A stretch of DNA of 19,785 nt from Candidatus Thorarchaeota archaeon. Its GTDB lineage: Archaea; Asgardarchaeota; Thorarchaeia; Thorarchaeales; Thorarchaeaceae. The translations under genes were made by a program, and so were the position numbers. This document shows positions 15,118-19,785 of the stretch, piece by piece (position 1 is the stretch's first letter; every line of letters begins with the position of its first letter). The notes under the pieces are model-generated. The model saw only the letters and a list, made by a program, of their open reading frames with translations, made no database searches and was not told where the DNA came from. Where the stretch lies: assembly GCA_029855935.1 (NCBI GenBank), contig JAGSHN010000015.1:1-19785 (forward strand). The letters run 5' to 3'.

Positions 15118-16479
15118 TCAGCGCTTCAGCCTTCTGCGTGCAGCATCGGCCGACGTGACAAGCGGATCCCACGTGTCGCAGACAGCAGGGGCATAGCAGT
15201 TCTCGAAGTCAAAGAAGGCTGCTGCGTCAACGCCGGTCTGTATGCCAAGCGTCACCACATTGATCCTCATCGCTGCATCTTCAGGTCCAACTATCTGTCC
15301 GCCCACGAGTCGGCCGTTTGCCTTGTCGTAGTAGGTCTTGACCTTGATCTCTTTCCCGCCACGGTAGTAGGGAGGCCGGGTGAGTCCCCTCACAGAGCCC
15401 TTCACAACGGGCACCTCGAAACGCCTCGCCAGTTCATCGGTCAGACCAGTGCTTGCAATCTCAAGGCCGAACAGCCTCGTCACCTTGGCACCCACGATAC
15501 CGGGAAATCGAACATCCCCGCCTGCTGCGTTGATCCCAGCAACGCGACCCTGTCGGACAGCCACAGTTCCCAGACCGCCCAGCATTGGCCGGCGCGTCAC
15601 AAACTCGACGTGCTCCGCGCAGTCACCACACGCATAGACACCCTCCAGATTCGTCTGCATCCGGTCATCGACTCTTATGCCGCGTGTCGAACCAATCTCG
15701 ACCCCGATGCTCTCCGCAAGGCCAGTGACAGGTCGCACTCCCGTGGCAACAATCACAGCATCAGCCGGTATCTCGTCAACCTCACCAGTCTCGCGATTCC
15801 TCACCAAGACGGCCGTGGGAGTAGCATCGCCGAGCACCTCCTGCGCGGCGGTATTGGTAAAGAGTCTCACGCCCTCCCTCTGACACTGTTCCTCAACAAG
15901 CGCCGCAAGGTCGGGGTCGACCATGGCAAGCAGTATGTGCGGGAGGAACTCCACGACCGTGACATCTAGATCACGCTTGTGAAACGCCTCTGCAGCCTCC
16001 ATACCAATCAGGCCACCGCCGATGATGACAATTCTCTCTGCGCGCTCAGCCTCAACAGCCAATGCCCTGGCGTCCTCGATTGTCCTCAGACCGTAGACGC
16101 GTCCCTTGTCAAGTCCCTTGATTGGCGGGTCGGCGTTCCTTGCACCCGTCGCAAAGATCAGCGCATCATACTGATACTCGCCCCCGCCATCTGATCCCTC
16201 GAACTCAAGCATCCGAGATGAGTGGTCAATCCTCGTCACGCGTGTGCCGAGATGAGCCTGTATCTTCAAGGACGCCCAGTTCTCAGGCGGAGTGAGTATC
16301 AGGTCGTCCAACGTTTCGACCTCACCTGAGATCGTGTACGGGAGCCCACATCTTGAGTACTGTGAGTAGGGCTCCTCATTGAATATGGAGATCTCGACCT
16401 TTCTGTCGAACTTCCGTGCCTGCAGTGCGGCCGTTGCGCCTGCGGCCCCACAGCCTATAATGGCGATGCGCTCTGCCAT
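15118..16479 (-). CDS. FAD-dependent pyridine nucleotide-disulfide oxidoreductase, NADH oxidase / CoA-disulfide reductase subfamily
   Basis: GCGAAG FAD motif, single redox Cys in YSRCGLPY, ATGA, GGGLIGME NAD(P)H motif, VYACGDC, C-terminal YAP dimerisation motif. Confidence 0.92.
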   Translation of the reverse strand: MAERIAIIGCGAAGATAALQARKFDRKVEISIFNEEPYSQYSRCGLPYTISGEVETLDDLILTPPENWASLKIQAHLGTRVTRIDHSSRMLEFEGSDGGGEYQYDALIFATGARNADPPIKGLDKGRVYGLRTIEDARALAVEAERAERIVIIGGGLIGMEAAEAFHKRDLDVTVVEFLPHILLAMVDPDLAALVEEQCQREGVRLFTNTAAQEVLGDATPTAVLVRNRETGEVDEIPADAVIVATGVRPVTGLAESIGVEIGSTRGIRVDDRMQTNLEGVYACGDCAEHVEFVTRRPMLGGLGTVAVRQGRVAGINAAGGDVRFPGIVGAKVTRLFGLEIASTGLTDELARRFEVPVVKGSVRGLTRPPYYRGGKEIKVKTYYDKANGRLVGGQIVGPEDAAMRINVVTLGIQTGVDAAAFFDFENCYAPAVCDTWDPLVTSADAARRRLKR

Positions 16480-16651
16480 CTGCCTTCAACGCTCCTGCTT
16501 CTGCCGTAGTCCTGCCCGACAGTCGCAACCTTGAGCCGACGTGGGGGGAACTTCAATCTTTGGATTGGAGAACGCGCTGTCGGGGAAGCCATAGCCCGGT
16601 TCGGATACTTTATCTTGAGGGTCAGGTAGGGCCATTGGATGTGAAGACACG

Positions 16652-18079
16652 ATGGATGCAGAATCAGTGGTGCATCACTGCATAGAATTCGGACGCTCAA
16701 TAGGGGCGACCTATGTGGAGGCCCGCCTCGAACGGAGAGTCGCTCGTGGACTCGCGTTCAGGAACGGAGAGCTCATCTCCGGTGGGCGCAGTCCGACAGA
16801 GGGTATCGGTGTGAGGCTACTTGTCGATGGCAACGCTGGCTTTGCCTCCTTCGATCGGATGAGTCGTGAGCTTGCCGAGGAGGCGGTCAGGGCGGCCTTC
16901 AAGATGGCCAAGAACGCACATCGTAGAGATCCCATCGACCTTGGAGAGCCTGTGTCCAACCGTGCAAGCTGGTCAATGGATGTCAAGACCAGCCTCAGCA
17001 AGATAGACCTTGATACAATGATTGACACAGCCAAGGAGCTGAATGCGCAGCTGAACGGTCTTGCTCAGTACACTGTCATGATCAATCCGACCATCACCGA
17101 CAAATACCTAGTGACGAGCGAGGGCACGGAGGTCCGCGGGCATCTTGAACATCTCTTTATTCACCTTCTTCTCACCGCAAAGGGGGAGCACGGCTCGGAA
17201 CAGAGTTTCATAGACAGAACGCTGGCGGGAGGATGGGAACGCATCAGAGAGGAGAGGCTGATGGAGAGGACGAAGGATGATGCGATTCGTCTGCAACGGG
17301 CAGCTGATGATGCGACCGCTGTCAAAGATCTATTGGACCGGCCAGTGGATGTCATTGTCGGCCCGCAGATTGCAGGGATCATCGCTCACGAGAATGTTGG
17401 TCATCCCAGCGAGGGCGACAGGATAATGGGGCGTGAGGGAGCACAGGCGGGAGAGAGTTTCTGGCGCGACATCAGGATCGGCGAGACACGGATTGGCAGC
17501 GAGGCCGTCACAGTCCTGGAGGACCCGACGGTACCGAACACCAGTGGGTTCTATCTGTACGACGACGAGGGCGTGAGGGCGAGGAGACGCGTGCTCATCA
17601 AGAACGGTGTGGCCAACGAGCCACTGCTCAACCGCGAGTTCGGAACACGATTTGGGATGGGGTCGAACGGCGCAGCACGCGCTTCAGGCTATGACAGGGA
17701 GCCGATAGTGAGGATGGCAAACACCTTCTTTGAGCCCGGGGACTATTCCTTCGAGGAGCTTGTCGAGGACATCAAGCTGGGCGTGTATATGCGGACCTTC
17801 CAAGAGTGGAACATCGATGACCGGAGATATCAGTCCAAGTACACTGGTTCTGAGGCCTACCTTGTGAAGGATGGCGAACTGACCGAGACGTTGGTTCGGC
17901 AACCAGTTCTTGAGACCACCAGTGTTGGACTGCTCAGTGCTGCGGACGCTGTCTCAAGGGAGTTCAAACTCGATTTTGCAGGAACCTGCGGAAAGGGTGA
18001 CCCGATGCAGGGTGTGCCTGTGTTTGCAGGAGGAGGTCACATACGATTCAGAGGCATCAGACTCGGAGGTGTGGGATAG
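16652..18079 (+). CDS. tldD: TldD family metalloprotease (catalytic subunit)
   Basis: HENVGHPSEGD (HExxGH), YDDEGV, PIVRMANT, CGKGDPMQGVP metal-ligand Cys motif. Confidence 0.93.
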   Translation: MDAESVVHHCIEFGRSIGATYVEARLERRVARGLAFRNGELISGGRSPTEGIGVRLLVDGNAGFASFDRMSRELAEEAVRAAFKMAKNAHRRDPIDLGEPVSNRASWSMDVKTSLSKIDLDTMIDTAKELNAQLNGLAQYTVMINPTITDKYLVTSEGTEVRGHLEHLFIHLLLTAKGEHGSEQSFIDRTLAGGWERIREERLMERTKDDAIRLQRAADDATAVKDLLDRPVDVIVGPQIAGIIAHENVGHPSEGDRIMGREGAQAGESFWRDIRIGETRIGSEAVTVLEDPTVPNTSGFYLYDDEGVRARRRVLIKNGVANEPLLNREFGTRFGMGSNGAARASGYDREPIVRMANTFFEPGDYSFEELVEDIKLGVYMRTFQEWNIDDRRYQSKYTGSEAYLVKDGELTETLVRQPVLETTSVGLLSAADAVSREFKLDFAGTCGKGDPMQGVPVFAGGGHIRFRGIRLGGVG

Positions 18080-18080
18080 A

Positions 18081-19460
18081 ATGGATAATCACGACGACAT
18101 CAGATCCCTTGTCGGATTTGCCGTGGACTATGCGCGCGACAAGGTGGACGGCATTATTGTTCGGGGTGCTGTCAGAAGAAACTCTCAGATCAGATTCTCA
18201 AGCAACTCCATTGATGTTGCCAAGCGCTGGGAGGAGCTCAACATCGAGATGTTCATCATCACTGATGGGGCAAAGACTGCACACGTCGAACTGTCAGCAA
18301 CAACCACAGACCAAGTCAAGGAGATGGTTGATGACACCATCGAGTTCCTCCGGCGGATGCCTGAGTCGATGTTCTTCGCAGGAGTCGAGGAGAGGATCCT
18401 TGATCACAAGACTCCCAAAGACGTTCGCGATCCAAAGATCGAGGACTTTGCAGAGATTGCCCCTGAGATCGTGAATGCTGCGGTTGATGCCGCTCTTGAA
18501 GAGGGCGCCAAGCGTGTTGCGGGTGCGCTGAAGTTCGGCAGTGAGTGGTACTATCAGCTGTCATCGTATGGTCCTGAGGGCGAGACTGAGTCGACGGCCT
18601 ACGACTTCAACGTAAGAGCATTTCAGGAGGAGCTCGACTACTCGGGCCAGGGGCTCAGTGCTGGGACCGTGCCATCGAGAGCCGAGAGCGAGATGGTCAA
18701 GGCTGGTGCCAAGGCCGGTCGACTCTCCAAGCAGGCGATAGGTGCTGTGCAGGGAGAGCCAGGAGTCTATGACCTTGTCCTCAGCCCGACAGTCGCAGCG
18801 AACGTGCTCGGATTTGTCCCTCAGAGTGCGAACCCCTTCTTGGTCCTCATCGGTATGTCCCCGCTTGCTGACCGTATGGGACAGCAGATAGGACCCGAAG
18901 GCGTGACAGTCTGGGACGACCCGTTGTTTCCGGGTGGGCTGGCCAGCCGGGGCTTCGACTTTGAGGGGACTCCATCGAAACGGACAACCATCGTGGAGAA
19001 CGGCGTACTCAGGTCGTTCATCCACAATACGTCGACGGCAAGGATGTACGAAACAGAGTCCACGGGAAGCTCTAACCTGCTCTCGATCGGACAAGGGCTC
19101 AAGCTCCTTCTTCCAACACCGTCGAACATAGTCTTTAGCAATGGCGACCACACACTTGACGAACTTCTGGAGAGCGACCGCCGGACAATCTATGTCACAT
19201 CCAATTGGTACACCAGATACCAGAACTATCAGACTGGTGATTTCTCCACGATCCCGCGCGATGTGACTTTGCTCATCGAGCGTGGAGAAATGAGGCCCAT
19301 CAAGAACATCAGGATAAGCGACAATGTGATGCGAATGTTCGCAAACATCGATGCCGTGGGCAACGATCGTGTTCAGGTGTACTGGTGGGAAGTGGAAACA
19401 CCCACCTTTGTCCCCTCGATGAGAGTCAGGGACTGTAGAATCACGGCTGCCACCCAGTGA
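18081..19460 (+). CDS. pmbA: TldE/PmbA family protein (non-catalytic partner)
   Basis: ATG 18081 behind GGAGGTG, 1 nt after the tldD stop; QIRFSSN, EPGVYDLVLSP, FDFEGTP, WYTRYQN...GDFST motifs; no HExxH. The track start at 17910 is an over-extension. Confidence 0.9.
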   Translation: MDNHDDIRSLVGFAVDYARDKVDGIIVRGAVRRNSQIRFSSNSIDVAKRWEELNIEMFIITDGAKTAHVELSATTTDQVKEMVDDTIEFLRRMPESMFFAGVEERILDHKTPKDVRDPKIEDFAEIAPEIVNAAVDAALEEGAKRVAGALKFGSEWYYQLSSYGPEGETESTAYDFNVRAFQEELDYSGQGLSAGTVPSRAESEMVKAGAKAGRLSKQAIGAVQGEPGVYDLVLSPTVAANVLGFVPQSANPFLVLIGMSPLADRMGQQIGPEGVTVWDDPLFPGGLASRGFDFEGTPSKRTTIVENGVLRSFIHNTSTARMYETESTGSSNLLSIGQGLKLLLPTPSNIVFSNGDHTLDELLESDRRTIYVTSNWYTRYQNYQTGDFSTIPRDVTLLIERGEMRPIKNIRISDNVMRMFANIDAVGNDRVQVYWWEVETPTFVPSMRVRDCRITAATQ

Positions 19461-19565
19461 CATTCAGAACGGGTCGACCCAAGTGGAGCGTCAGGGGGCA
19501 CTCAAGCCCCCCGACACCTCAATATCATGTCAGTCTTGTGAGGTGATAAGTGAAAGTGGGAGAGT

Positions 19566-19785
19566 CTACTCATCGTCAGATGGGGTCTTCTCCTCGGGGG
19601 GCTGACTCTCCCCAGCGTCGGACGTATCGGTCGCTTCCTCCTCGGGCTCGGTCGCTTCAGACTCGGTCGACTCGGTCTCGGTGACACGTTCATCAACCTG
19701 TCCCGGTGACTCGGCCTCGCCCTCCTCTTCTGCGCTGGGGGCCTCACCAGTGGGTCCGCCCTCTGACACCCGCCCTCCCTCTGAC
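19566..19785 (-). CDS. Acidic low-complexity C-terminus of a protein starting beyond the window (partial)
   Basis: Frame open to the right edge (SEGGRVSEGGPTGEAPSAEEEGEAES...PSDDE*), E/S/T/P-rich. Confidence 0.7.
   Translation of the reverse strand, partial: SEGGRVSEGGPTGEAPSAEEEGEAESPGQVDERVTETESTESEATEPEEEATDTSDAGESQPPEEKTPSDDE

Noticed and set aside
15046-15969. Long alternative ORFs (15046-15969 +, 18561-19463 -, 2110-2949 -, 3779-4528 +, 13302-13943 +)
   Set aside because: All overlap well-supported genes, either antisense or out of frame; these are expected shadow ORFs in GC-rich DNA.
16652-19460. tldD/tldE as part of a RiPP (microcin-like) biosynthetic cluster
   Set aside because: No precursor peptide, YcaO or other modifying enzyme in the window; stand-alone tldD/E pairs are common in archaea.
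19759-19785. Short repeat CCCTCTGAC at 18-bp spacing
   Set aside because: It reflects the SEGG peptide repeat in a low-complexity tail and is truncated by the window edge.

Overview
GC-rich archaeal chromosomal DNA, shown by a TFB gene, BRE/TATA promoters and GGTGA/GGAGG ribosome-binding sites. The style of the surface proteins suggests an Asgard archaeon, probably Thorarchaeia (inference). Left to right: (1) two apparently 5'-truncated genes joined back-to-back near 1200-1230. One ends in a lower-GC multi-TM C-terminal domain followed by a small membrane ORF; the other is an Ig-like/Thr-rich/TM surface-protein tail. (2) A six-gene, translationally coupled Feo operon: His-rich feoA, feoB split into GTPase and membrane halves, an unknown ~4-TM gene, a feoC-like gene and a DtxR-family repressor, with tandem TTAGAC-N2-GTCTAA operators. 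(3) Two identical 24-bp hairpin-forming repeats, then a canonical promoter and a structured leader ahead of tfb. (4) Three paralogous membrane-anchored beta-propeller-like surface proteins with a Nudix hydrolase inserted among them. (5) A macrodomain gene followed by a degenerate macrodomain paralog. (6) An NADH oxidase/CoA-disulfide reductase family flavoprotein, divergent from tldD-pmbA(tldE). (7) The acidic C-terminus of a gene running off the right edge. No rRNA, tRNA, CRISPR array or mobile element was recognised. All family calls come from motif reading by eye, with no database search.
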